From Flavobacteriales bacterium (GTDB lineage Bacteria; Bacteroidota; Bacteroidia; NS11-12g; UBA955): DNA of 64,000 nucleotides. The notes below the pieces were generated by a model. That model was not told the origin of the DNA. It saw only the letters and a program-made list of their open reading frames with translations, and did no database searches. The DNA lies in NCBI GenBank assembly GCA_947496375.1, contig CANMCY010000008.1, positions 16,817-80,816 on the forward strand, in the 5' to 3' direction. Positions 1-10,500 of the stretch are shown one piece after another; positions within the stretch are counted from its first letter, which is position 1; every line of letters starts with the position of its first letter. The position numbers were made by a program, and so were the translations under genes.

Positions 1-1
1 T

Positions 2-400
2 TTAATTGTCAAGTAAGTCTTGGTTCTTTAATTGTCTGATTCTTCGGTTCTGAAGCGATCGGTATAGGATGACCAATATTGCCATCCATACGGAAATTGC
101 CAGTATGCCAATCGCCCATTTGCTTTCTGTGCTTATTACCATAATCAAGGAGGCAAGTAAACCCAGTGAAGCAATTTCGCGTGCGAGATAATAAATCAGT
201 CTGTTTCGCCTCTGGATTTTTTGAATGATATGTTTAACCCGAACTAAAAAAATGAAAAAGTGCAGTGTGATCAATACAATCATACTGCCCGTGATGAAAG
301 AGCTGTAGCGGTTTTCTCGCAGAAAAAGGTAGCCCAGAAACAAGATGAAAACCAGCCATAAGCTGTAGTCAGATAGTTTTTTTAACAATTTCACCTTCAT
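2..400 (-). CDS. hypothetical membrane protein (about 4 TM helices)
   Basis: 132-aa ORF with four hydrophobic stretches; its start overlaps the glyA stop (ATGA). Confidence 0.65.
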   Translation of the reverse strand: MKVKLLKKLSDYSLWLVFILFLGYLFLRENRYSSFITGSMIVLITLHFFIFLVRVKHIIQKIQRRNRLIYYLAREIASLGLLASLIMVISTESKWAIGILAISVWMAILVILYRSLQNRRIRQLKNQDLLDN

Positions 401-1674
401 GCATACAGCGGATATTCCGCCATCAGCGCATGTACCCGGGTTTTCACACTGTTTAGCACATCCGTATTTTCCGGATTCATCAATGCTTCGTCTATCAGTG
501 CTGCAATTGCCTCCATATCGGCTTCCTTCAGCCCCCGGGTTGTAACAGCGGATGTACCCAGGCGAATGCCTGAGGTCACAAACGGGCTGCGGGTTTCAAA
601 CGGAACCGTGTTTTTATTCACGGTGATATCGCACTGTCCCAATGTGTTTTCAGCGAGTTTGCCGGTTAATGTTTCGCCTTTGGGTCTCAGGTCAATGAGC
701 ATTAGGTGGTTGTCGGTGCCCCCGCTGATAACGCTGTAACCGCGGCTTACCATTCCTGCAGCCAGGGCGGCAGCATTCTTTTTCACCTGCAGCTGGTATT
801 CTTTAAACTCCGGTAGCAACGCTTCACCAAACGCAATGGCTTTGGCTGCAATCACGTGTTCCAGCGGACCGCCCTGTGTTCCGGGAAATACGGCGCTGTC
901 CAGCAATGCACTCATCATTTTTAGCTCACCTTTGGGTGTGGTTTCACCCCAGGGATTCGGAAAATCGCTCCCCATCATGATAATCCCCCCACGTGGCCCC
1001 CGCAGGGTTTTGTGTGTAGTGCTGGTGACAATGTGAACGTGTTTCAGCGGGTTTTCAAGCAGCCCTGCCGCAATGAGCCCTGCCGGGTGAGAAATATCGG
1101 CCAGCACCAGCGCCCCCACTTCATCGGCCACTGCCCTGATGCGGGCATAATCCCATTCCCGGCTGTAGGAGCTGGCCCCACAGATAATCAGTTTGGGTTT
1201 CACTTCCCTGGCTTTGCTTTCCAACGTGTCATAGTCAATCATCCCCGTTTCCTGAATCACACCGTAGAAATGGGGCTTGTACAATTTCCCTGAGAAATTA
1301 ACCGGTGATCCATGGGTAAGATGACCACCATGACTCAAATCAAAGCCCAGAATGGAATCGCCGGGTTTTAATACCGCCAGCATTACCGAAGCATTCGCCT
1401 GTGCTCCGCTGTGGGGTTGCACATTGGCCCATGCGGCACCAAAAAGCTGTTTCAAACGGTCTATGGCAAGCTGTTCTACTTCATCAACTACCTCACAACC
1501 CCCGTAGTATCGCTTTCCGGGCAATCCTTCCGCATATTTGTTGGTGAGCACCGATCCCATGGCTTCCATCACCTGAGGGCTTACAAAGTTCTCACTGGCT
1601 ATCAGCTCTATACCTTCCTGCTGACGTTTAAGTTCCTTTGCAATCAGGCCAAAAACAACTTCATCACGTTTCAT
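397..1674 (-). CDS. glyA: serine hydroxymethyltransferase
   Basis: [30 protein letters not shown] and PLP-lysine motif [12 protein letters not shown]. Confidence 0.98.
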   Translation of the reverse strand: MKRDEVVFGLIAKELKRQQEGIELIASENFVSPQVMEAMGSVLTNKYAEGLPGKRYYGGCEVVDEVEQLAIDRLKQLFGAAWANVQPHSGAQANASVMLAVLKPGDSILGFDLSHGGHLTHGSPVNFSGKLYKPHFYGVIQETGMIDYDTLESKAREVKPKLIICGASSYSREWDYARIRAVADEVGALVLADISHPAGLIAAGLLENPLKHVHIVTSTTHKTLRGPRGGIIMMGSDFPNPWGETTPKGELKMMSALLDSAVFPGTQGGPLEHVIAAKAIAFGEALLPEFKEYQLQVKKNAAALAAGMVSRGYSVISGGTDNHLMLIDLRPKGETLTGKLAENTLGQCDITVNKNTVPFETRSPFVTSGIRLGTSAVTTRGLKEADMEAIAALIDEALMNPENTDVLNSVKTRVHALMAEYPLYA

Positions 1675-1779
1675 AAATGGAGTCGCAATTTAGCGTTAAA
1701 ATGCAGTGAGCTGCTCGACATTTTTTCACACCAAAGTGCATATTTATTGCCTGAAATTCGTGAAATTCGCCACTTTACT

Positions 1780-4335
1780 ATGAAAATCAATAACGGTTTC
1801 CTTAAAGAGGCGGGAATTTTTCTGCTGTTTCTCATTGGGTTTTGGGTCATTTCAGTGTTCTTCCTTTGGCCTGCCACCCAGGGCAAAGCCCTGCAGCAGG
1901 GTGATATGCAGCAGGTTCGGCTGATGGTGGATGCTGCCAATAAATACACTGAGGCCAGCGGCATCAAGCCCAATTGGAATGACCGCCTGTTTTCGGGTAT
2001 GCCGGCCAACCTGATCACAGGAATACCCACCGGAAATCTGATGCTAAAACTGCGGCCCATGGAGCTGTTTCAGCTGGTGAAAGGGCCCTATAACTTTCTG
2101 TTTGTGGCCATGCTAAGCATGTTTGTTTTGCTTTTATCCTGCAATGTAAACCGCTGGTTATCTGCAGCCGGAGCCATTGGATATGCCTTTATGACCTTTT
2201 CCATAAGCTCCTACGAAGCAGGACACATCACCAAAGTGCTGGCCACAGATGTGATGCCGGGCATGCTGGCGGGTCTGGTGCTGATTACCCGAAGACAGTA
2301 TATCCTGGGTGCCGGCGTGCTGGGTATTTTCTTTGCCATGCTGGTGGGGTATTTTCACTATCAGATTGCCTACTATGCGGGAATTGTAGCAGGAATATAC
2401 TTGCTCATTGAAATGATTATGGCGCTTAAATCCCTTGAGATTAAGCATGCGCTGATCGCTACCGGCCTTTCGGTGGTGATGCTGGGGATGGGCGCCGCCA
2501 CCAATATTGGCAAAGCCATTGATACTGCACGTTACAGCGAAGCTACCATGCGCGGCGGAAGTGCCGTGGCCAGTGAAGTTCCTACCAAAGACGGTCCCAA
2601 AAATCAGGTAGGTAGAAAAGGCCTGGACATCGAATATGCCTTCTCCTGGAGCTACGGCATTGATGAATCCATGACGCTGTTGATTCCCGGTTTTATGGGT
2701 GGCAGCAACAATGAAAAAGTGCCGGAAAATGATTACGGTATGGAGCGTGAGCGCCTGTACCATGGTGAACTGCAGTTTACATCCGGTCCCATATACATAG
2801 GGGCTATCTTTATTTTTCTGTTCATTCTGGCCATTGTGGTGGTGCTTCAGTACCTAAAATCCGCCACAGTGGAGGGCAAAGAGAAAACCATTGCAGCCAC
2901 ATTGCTGGTTTTCAGCATCGTTACCGTGCTCGTTTCTCTGATGCTGGGATGGGGCAGACATTTTGGGCTGAACGAATGGTTGTTTAATCACCTGCCTTAT
3001 TACAATAAGTTCCGCACACCCATGATGGCGTTGGTTATTGCGCAGATGGTAATTCCATTCTTCGGGCTGTATGGCTTGCAGCTGCTACTTTCTGACCGTT
3101 TTAGCGAAAATGACAAAAACAGGGTATGGAAAGTGTCGGTAATTGCCATAAGTGCATTGATGGCGGTGGCTGCGTTTATGTTGTTTTCAGAAGATTTCAA
3201 AGGAAATGATGATAAGGAAATTCTATCCCAGGTGAGGCAGCAGGCCATGCAGGCCGGTCAGGACGAAGGCACTGCCATCGAATCGGCAACCGATTATGTA
3301 AAACAAATCGTGGATATGCGCTCGGGGCTTGCCTGGGGCGACTGGCTTCGCAGCATGATACTGATTGCACTGTCCGCCGCACTGATTTGGTTTACTGCCC
3401 TAAAGAAACAGATCCGGTTATTGCTTTGGGTCGGTATGCTTGTACTTATTTCATTTGACTTGATGGGTATAGCCAAACGGTATATGACCGATGATAACTG
3501 GCAAGACAAAGAAGAGGAAGTGGCCATTGAACCCACTGAAAATGAATCAAAACTGATGGCGGCAAACACCGAAAACCGCCGGATTTTTGACTTGCGCTAC
3601 AATCCGTTTAATGACAATCACCCGGCACCATTTTTCCGCAATGTGGGAGGTTATCATCCGGCCAAGCTGAGTCGCTATCAGGATATCATTAGTTATTGTA
3701 TCACCCCCAATGGCGGGCAGTTACAGGGCGACTGGATTAACAATAACAACGCCCTTGATATGCTCAATTGCGGTTTTGTGTTGTCACGCGCTCAAAGCGG
3801 AAGTGGAGATGAAATCTACCAGCGCCCCACAGCCCTCGGCCATGCATGGTTTGTGCCTGCTGTAAAAGAAGTAGCCGATCCCAAAGAGGCCCTGCTGGAA
3901 ATCAACAGGAATGGGGCCAACAAACAGGTGGTGGTAGAAGCTTCTGAAAAAATGAAGCCATCGGCAAAAAATTATTCGACTGACTCCACAGACAGGGTTA
4001 AACAGACCTACTATTCATTCGATACACTCAAGTATGAAGCAACTTCCAAAGCCAATGGCCTGGCGGTTTTTAGCGAGGTGTACTACAACGAAAAGAATGG
4101 AAGCTGGAAGGCCTACATTGATGGCAAAGAAGTACCCGTGTTGCGCGTAAATTATATCTTGCGTGCAACGGAAGTTCCTGCCGGTAAACACAGCATCGAT
4201 TTTGTTTTCATTCCTGCAGACAGAAACACTTTCAAGTCTATAGAGACCGGAACTTCCGCTACCATGTTGCTCCTGGTGCTGGGAGCCCTGGGTTGGATGG
4301 CTGTTCGCAAGGAAGATTCGGAATTGAAATCCTAA
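1780..4335 (+). CDS. YfhO-family polytopic membrane protein (GT-C-like glycosyltransferase)
   Basis: LFSGMPA, YAFSWSYG, PYYNKFRTP, GGYHPAKLSRYQD, FSEVYY, VNYILRA motifs of Bacteroidota YfhO proteins; start moved to ATG 1780 because the ORF-track extension overlaps glyA. Confidence 0.85.
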   Translation: MKINNGFLKEAGIFLLFLIGFWVISVFFLWPATQGKALQQGDMQQVRLMVDAANKYTEASGIKPNWNDRLFSGMPANLITGIPTGNLMLKLRPMELFQLVKGPYNFLFVAMLSMFVLLLSCNVNRWLSAAGAIGYAFMTFSISSYEAGHITKVLATDVMPGMLAGLVLITRRQYILGAGVLGIFFAMLVGYFHYQIAYYAGIVAGIYLLIEMIMALKSLEIKHALIATGLSVVMLGMGAATNIGKAIDTARYSEATMRGGSAVASEVPTKDGPKNQVGRKGLDIEYAFSWSYGIDESMTLLIPGFMGGSNNEKVPENDYGMERERLYHGELQFTSGPIYIGAIFIFLFILAIVVVLQYLKSATVEGKEKTIAATLLVFSIVTVLVSLMLGWGRHFGLNEWLFNHLPYYNKFRTPMMALVIAQMVIPFFGLYGLQLLLSDRFSENDKNRVWKVSVIAISALMAVAAFMLFSEDFKGNDDKEILSQVRQQAMQAGQDEGTAIESATDYVKQIVDMRSGLAWGDWLRSMILIALSAALIWFTALKKQIRLLLWVGMLVLISFDLMGIAKRYMTDDNWQDKEEEVAIEPTENESKLMAANTENRRIFDLRYNPFNDNHPAPFFRNVGGYHPAKLSRYQDIISYCITPNGGQLQGDWINNNNALDMLNCGFVLSRAQSGSGDEIYQRPTALGHAWFVPAVKEVADPKEALLEINRNGANKQVVVEASEKMKPSAKNYSTDSTDRVKQTYYSFDTLKYEATSKANGLAVFSEVYYNEKNGSWKAYIDGKEVPVLRVNYILRATEVPAGKHSIDFVFIPADRNTFKSIETGTSATMLLLVLGALGWMAVRKEDSELKS

Positions 4336-4346
4336 CAGCGGGTTCG

Positions 4347-5099
4347 GTGCCGACGTTTTCTGTTATTACCATCAATTACAATAACCTGCGCGGACTCAGG
4401 CGCACGTTTGCAAGCGTGCAGCAACAGACAGCCCGCAGTGAGATACAGTGGATTGTGGTGGATGGCAACAGCAGTGATGGCAGTGCCGCATTTCTGCGGG
4501 AACATGCCTCAGATATTGATGTACTTTGTATTGAAAAGGATGCCGGTATCTACGATGCCATGAACAAAGGACTGGCACTGGCAGAAGCGCCTTACGTGTG
4601 GTTCATGAACAGCGGTGACATTATTTATCAGGATGATGTAGCAGAAAAACTTTGCGCCATGACAGCATCCAATCCGGATGTTTTGTTTGGAGACACCATG
4701 TTTATCGATGAAAGAGGAATGGAACTGGGCCTGATCAGCAAACTGAAACCCCAGCGCTTTCCTGAAAAGCTGGATAAGTGGTCTTTCCGCTTCGGAATGA
4801 ATCTTTGTCATCAGAGTTTTATTGCCAAAAAATCCATTTGTCCGGCTTACGATCTGCAATACAGGCAGGCCGCCGATGTAGACTGGATTATACGCATTCT
4901 GGAGAAAAATCCGGTTAATGTGCGGTATGATGGAGTGATTGCGGGCTTTGAAACCGGTGGTAGCAGCGCACAGCATGAAAAAAAGGCCTGGAAAGAGCGT
5001 TTTAACGTATTGTCGAAGCATTATGGCTTTTTACCGAATTGTATCAACCACTGCTGGATTGTTTTGCGAAGATTGATGTTTAATTTGAAGAATCAATGA
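4347..5099 (+). CDS. glycosyltransferase family 2
   Basis: SVITINYN, VVDGNSSDGS, GIYDAMNKGL, FMNSGD, CHQS motifs; start uncertain (GTG 4347). Confidence 0.9.
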   Translation: MPTFSVITINYNNLRGLRRTFASVQQQTARSEIQWIVVDGNSSDGSAAFLREHASDIDVLCIEKDAGIYDAMNKGLALAEAPYVWFMNSGDIIYQDDVAEKLCAMTASNPDVLFGDTMFIDERGMELGLISKLKPQRFPEKLDKWSFRFGMNLCHQSFIAKKSICPAYDLQYRQAADVDWIIRILEKNPVNVRYDGVIAGFETGGSSAQHEKKAWKERFNVLSKHYGFLPNCINHCWIVLRRLMFNLKNQ

Positions 5100-5851
5100 G
5101 CAACACCGCGCGGGTTGATAAAACGATGTTTGAGGATGCCCATTATCTGGGTAAACCCGCCGATGCAGACGATTTAATCGTTGAACGGAGATTGCGTATT
5201 TTATACAATATCCCCGGTTTTATTGGTAAAAACCTCGATTTGCTGGAGATTGGATGTGGCAATGGAAATACCGTATTGCGCCTGGCATCGGATTTTAATA
5301 GTGCTGTAGGCCTCGAATACAATGAAGTTCATAAAGCAGAATTTGAACAATTGCAGCAGCAGTTGCAGCAAAATGCGGCTTTTCAGGTGTGGGATATTAT
5401 GGAAAAGCCCTATACCCCCCCCGTTGACCGTCTGATAAGCTTTGAAGTCATCGAACACCTGCCCTCGGAAGATGGGGTGGCTAACTACGCCGGCAGTCTA
5501 AAAACTGGCGGTATGGCAGCATTTAGCGTGCCCAATAAATGGTGGATTTTTGAAACCCATGGTGCCCGTTTGCCCTTGTTACCATGGAACCGGGTGCCAT
5601 TTTTCTCCTGGTTGCCAACACCACTCCATGAACGCTGGGCCAACGCCCGTATCTATTCCAAAAGCCGCATAAAACGACTGCTTGAAAAGCATGGATTTGA
5701 AGTCCTTGATATGCAGTATATAATGGCCCCTATGGATGTGATAAAATGGAAACCGTTGCAACAATTTCTCAGAAAATACGTTTTTAATGCCGATACAACC
5801 AACATGCCCTTCAAATCGGTTAGCATATTCATCATAGCACAAAAAAAATAA
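5096..5851 (+). CDS. class I SAM-dependent methyltransferase
   Basis: LLEIGCGNG motif I, FEVIEHL, FSVPN; ATGA coupling with the upstream gene. Confidence 0.88.
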   Translation: MSNTARVDKTMFEDAHYLGKPADADDLIVERRLRILYNIPGFIGKNLDLLEIGCGNGNTVLRLASDFNSAVGLEYNEVHKAEFEQLQQQLQQNAAFQVWDIMEKPYTPPVDRLISFEVIEHLPSEDGVANYAGSLKTGGMAAFSVPNKWWIFETHGARLPLLPWNRVPFFSWLPTPLHERWANARIYSKSRIKRLLEKHGFEVLDMQYIMAPMDVIKWKPLQQFLRKYVFNADTTNMPFKSVSIFIIAQKK

Positions 5852-5853
5852 TC

Positions 5854-7434
5854 ATGAAATTTCATATCATTCTATTCGCCCTGCTCGTTTCAGCAGGCAC
5901 CGCGTGGTCTCAGTCATCCAATGCACAAACCGAAAAATCCGGTAACCTTTGGTATCAAAAAGCATTTAACAAAAAAAAGAACTTCAGTATTAAGCTGGAT
6001 AAGGCCTACAAGCTGGTTGACAAGTTAAATCCTACAGAAATTGTAGTTGCAGTTATTGATGGTGGCACCGATCCTCATCACCCCGATTTGAAGGCCAATA
6101 TCTGGCACAACCCTAAAGAAATTCCGTTTAACAACCTGGATGATGACAATAACGGCTATACGGATGATACGGTGGGCTGGAATTTTATTGGAGGTAAAGA
6201 TGGAAAAATGGTGGGTTGCGATAACCTTGAAATCGTGCGTCTGGTGCGTGAACAGAGTAAAGAGTTTGAAGGATTTAACGCCAGTGAAAACCCTGATAAA
6301 CAAAAGCTTGCCCGCTATGAAAATTACCTCAAAATGAAGACGGATGTAGAGGAAAACAGAAATAAATACACCAAACAGCTGGAGCGATTTCGTCCCATTC
6401 TGGACACCATGGAAGGTATCATGCAAAATATGGGAACCAATAACCCTTCGGCAGAACAGGTTGCAGCGTATGAACCCAAAACCCTCATGGAATCCATTAT
6501 CATGGGCATATTGAAGCAAAATTCGGCCATGTCATTCAGCGATTTGCACAAGGGGTTAGTAGAGCAGGTTAAACAAATTGAAGTACGGGCCAACTGCCAG
6601 TATAATCCGGATTACGATCCCCGCTCCATCGTTGGTGATGATTACAGCAATGCCACAGAAAAATTCTATGGTAACAATAGCGTGGCCGGACCGGATGCAT
6701 TTCATGGAACCCACGTGGCCGGTATAATTGCTGCGGTACGCGGCAATGGAATTGGGGTAGAAGGTGTGGCTTCCAAGGCGAAAATCATGGTGGTGCGGGT
6801 AGTGCCCGACGGCGATGAGCGTGACAAAGACGTGGCAAACGGAATTCGCTATGCAGCAGATAATGGTGCTAAAATTATCAATATGAGCTTTGGTAAGGGC
6901 TATTCATACAACAAGCAGGTAGTGAATGATGCTGTGGAATACGCCGCAAAAAAAGGAGTATTGCTGGTGCACGCTGCCGGAAACAGCAACAATGACAACG
7001 ATGCCATCGGAAACTATCCCAATGATTCTTTGTCGGGCGGACGGTTTGCAGAAACCTGGATTGAAGTAGGCGCCAGCCAGCAGCAGCAAAAACATCTGGC
7101 AACAGATTTTAGTAATTACGGCAAAAACAATGTGGATTTGTTTGCCCCCGGATACGAAATTTACAGCACTGCACCGAATAATGGCTATGAAAATGCCAAC
7201 GGCACCAGCATGGCCTCTCCGGTAGTGGCAGGTGTTGCTGCACTGGTATGGAGTTGCTACCCCAATTTAACCGCTGCACAAGTGAAGAAAATCCTGATGG
7301 AAAGTGTAACCAAACACAGCGGAAAAGTTGTGTTGCCCGGTACCACAGACAAGGTTAAATTCTCTGAACTTTCAGTTTCCGGTGGTGTGGTAAACGCCGA
7401 AAATGCCCTGAAATTGGCTGCGAAAGTCAAGTAA
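5854..7434 (+). CDS. secreted subtilisin-like S8 serine peptidase
   Basis: signal peptide; catalytic D (VIDGG), H (HGTHVAG), oxyanion AAGN, S (GTSMASP). Confidence 0.95.
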   Translation: MKFHIILFALLVSAGTAWSQSSNAQTEKSGNLWYQKAFNKKKNFSIKLDKAYKLVDKLNPTEIVVAVIDGGTDPHHPDLKANIWHNPKEIPFNNLDDDNNGYTDDTVGWNFIGGKDGKMVGCDNLEIVRLVREQSKEFEGFNASENPDKQKLARYENYLKMKTDVEENRNKYTKQLERFRPILDTMEGIMQNMGTNNPSAEQVAAYEPKTLMESIIMGILKQNSAMSFSDLHKGLVEQVKQIEVRANCQYNPDYDPRSIVGDDYSNATEKFYGNNSVAGPDAFHGTHVAGIIAAVRGNGIGVEGVASKAKIMVVRVVPDGDERDKDVANGIRYAADNGAKIINMSFGKGYSYNKQVVNDAVEYAAKKGVLLVHAAGNSNNDNDAIGNYPNDSLSGGRFAETWIEVGASQQQQKHLATDFSNYGKNNVDLFAPGYEIYSTAPNNGYENANGTSMASPVVAGVAALVWSCYPNLTAAQVKKILMESVTKHSGKVVLPGTTDKVKFSELSVSGGVVNAENALKLAAKVK

Positions 7435-7507
7435 ATCAATTCCGTAATGTTAATTCTTTAAAGAATTAACAGTCATTTTATTTGCTTTTGAATATATTTG
7501 TGTTGTC

Positions 7508-10500
7508 ATGCACAGATATGCCCTCCGCATACTTGTCTTTTTTATTGCTTTTTTCTTCGCAGCTTTCCTGTCGGCGCAAGGCAATAAACTGAGTATTGTT
7601 GCTTCTGCACCCAAGAATATGACCATTTGCGGGTTGACAGATACTGCAAGGGTTACCGTGTCGAATGTCAGCAGCTCCAATATTACCGGAATTACGATAA
7701 CGTTGTCTTTTCCATCCGGCATGCAGTATGTGGCCGGTTCGGTAAGCGGCACGGGTATCAGCGAAAGCAATATTACCAATCTCAACCGTCCAATTTTTTC
7801 TTCAGCGAACCTGACTATCGGCAAAAACTTTACCTTCAGGTACAGGGTTCGTGCCAACTGCGATTTGATTGCCGTTGTAAGTGGTCCATCCAATCCTAGC
7901 GTCAATGTAAGGGTAGATTATACGGGTAATTTTGATGCCGCGCTTTCACTTCCATTTACTTCTGCCATTCCGTCTCTGGGCTACAGTGGCATCACCAATC
8001 AGAGTTTTGTGGGCAATGTGGGCGATAAATTTGTGAGAAGGGTAACCGTCACAAACTTCGGCAAGGGGCCACTGCTGAGTCTCAGGTTGCTGCGAATCAA
8101 AGGAAAAGACCTGAGTCTGAAATCGGAGTCCGGTTTCAGTCACCGTTATAATCTTGACTCTGTTATTACCACCATTACCAAAGCCGATATCCAAAAGGTA
8201 GGCAACAAAGACACTTTTTTAGACCAGAATGAAAGTGTCTCCATATCTGATACTTTCACCATAAACGCCTGCTCATTATTGTCAACAAGCTACGATTTGA
8301 CCTGGGGTTGCGACAGTAAAAACTGCCAGGTCGTAAAAAATAATGCCCTGACATCCATCAGCACGGCTTCTCCCAATTTGCAGGTAGTGGTAAGCAACAG
8401 CATGCAGCTGGTTTACAACAACACAACGGTGAGTAAATTTACCATGCGCATTGCCAATATTGGCCAGATGAAGGCCGTGTTGCCGCAGGCGATGATTTTT
8501 CAGACCCTGAATCCCGGTGGCGGTTTTTACAACTACGAATTATCAAGGATAGATTCAACCTCTGTTAGATTGCGAAAAGGGTGGAATGGCACCGCGAATC
8601 GGGTGTATACGGATACGTTTCTGTCAAACATTGCCACCCAGTGCTGGTCTGCCGGAACCATGGGGGGATTTCGTCTCCGATTGCAGGAATTACAGCCCAA
8701 AGACACGATTTTTATAACCTGGGATGTTTTCCGATGTGCCAGTACCGGCTGTAATGCCGCATTTTATGAATCGGGATGGGGTTACCGGGTTTCCTATCAG
8801 AATCAGTGCAAAACAGTGCTGAGTACCGGAAATCAGTGGGGGTACGTATATACCTATTCAGGCGGGGCCGTTACGCCCTATACCCCAACCGATCTTCAGC
8901 AAAATGAGGTAAAACCATTCCGCTACACTTTCAGTGGCATGGGAAATTTGCCCTTACACAGCAGCGCCGCCATCCGGATTGATATGGTATTGCCCAATAC
9001 CCTGTCGCACAGTCTCACTAAGGCGGATTTTTATATCGATAATCCCAACTTAACCGCCATCTGGTATCCCGATAGTCTGAAAATGGTAAATGATACCCTG
9101 AGGGCTTTCATGGGTAGAACTGTAGTGTTTGGACTGACCAATTCAGAACTTACGGTGCGGTTAAAGGGTATCTGCCCCAGCGGGAGCGGCAACAACAATC
9201 AGCCGTTAACCCTCATTTATGCCTACAACCCCAACACTACGGCGCACCCAAATGTTTGGATAAAGCCCATTTGCAATACTGTTGTTGCAAAAGTGCACTG
9301 CAGAAATGTTTGTACAAGGGGAGGGATGCTATTCCGCAATTTTGAATTATACCGCAGTAACTATGGCCTGCCGGATAATGACAATAATGGACTTGCAGAT
9401 GCTTCAGGTACCATTGATAAGTTGAAAATTCGCACGGAAAGAATCATGTTCGGGGATACGCTGACCACCATCTTCAGGGGGCGTCCGAGAAATGCTTCCG
9501 GCATTAATAACTGGCGCTATGGCTTTGCGGAATCTGTGGTGACCAACGGCGATTATATATCGGTTTTAGACGCTAAGCTCGAAGTATACAAAGGTGTGAC
9601 CAAAGTGTCCGGTAACTGCAATGCGGTGAAATGGCGCAAGGTGAGCAGCGGTACCAATGCTACCTTCTATTTCGATTTTACGGTGGATAGCATCTGGCGG
9701 GGTGGCTGTCTCTCCTCTACCTACCGATTCACCCAGAATGACAGTGTGAGTCTGATTGTTCGCTATAAAGTGGACAAAAACAGGGGGCAAACCACACAAC
9801 CAATGAATTTTAGCAACCGATTCTACTTGGCATCGGCGGCAAACCCAAGTCCGTCTCAATCATATCAGTGTGATACCTTTTCAGGTAATTGTATTTTGTA
9901 CGGTTATATTTTTCATAACTGGGGTTCCGATAACATTAGCTATGCCAGTTGCAATGAGGTTGCCATCAGTCAAAGTTTTTATCTGGGCATAGGAAATTGT
10001 TGCACTTACGGGGGAGGCAATATTTTCCCGTTTGAATACCGAAACTGGGGCAGGCCGGTTGCCATGAAACTGACTTTACCGTCCGCGCTGAAGCTGAACA
10101 GAACCAGCTTCATTCAGTACAGAACCGCAGGTACCAATAACACGGTTACGGAACAAAAAGACACTGTCCCTTTCCGCAGGGGTAGTACCTACTGGTTTGA
10201 CTTTACCAAATACTACAAAGATTCCGGTGGTAAAGTCAACTATAGCGATGATGGTTTTCACGGAACTTTCTGGTATACGGTCAATCCAAGTTGTGAATTA
10301 TTGCCCAATACCACCTATCCGATTCAATACGACTATGTCTATGAGCGAAGGGGTGCACTGGGTAAGGGTTACGATACGGTGAGATCCCAGATAATGCGAA
10401 CCCCTGATTATTTTACGTTTGTACCGCCTAAGTTCACCCTGCAGCCCGCATTACCCATTCTCTACGGCACCAAAGATACCGTTGAATGGGAGGTTAGATA

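Noticed and set aside
1411-1779. N-terminal extension of the YfhO ORF
   Set aside because: Overlaps glyA on the opposite strand; ATG 1780 gives a typical start
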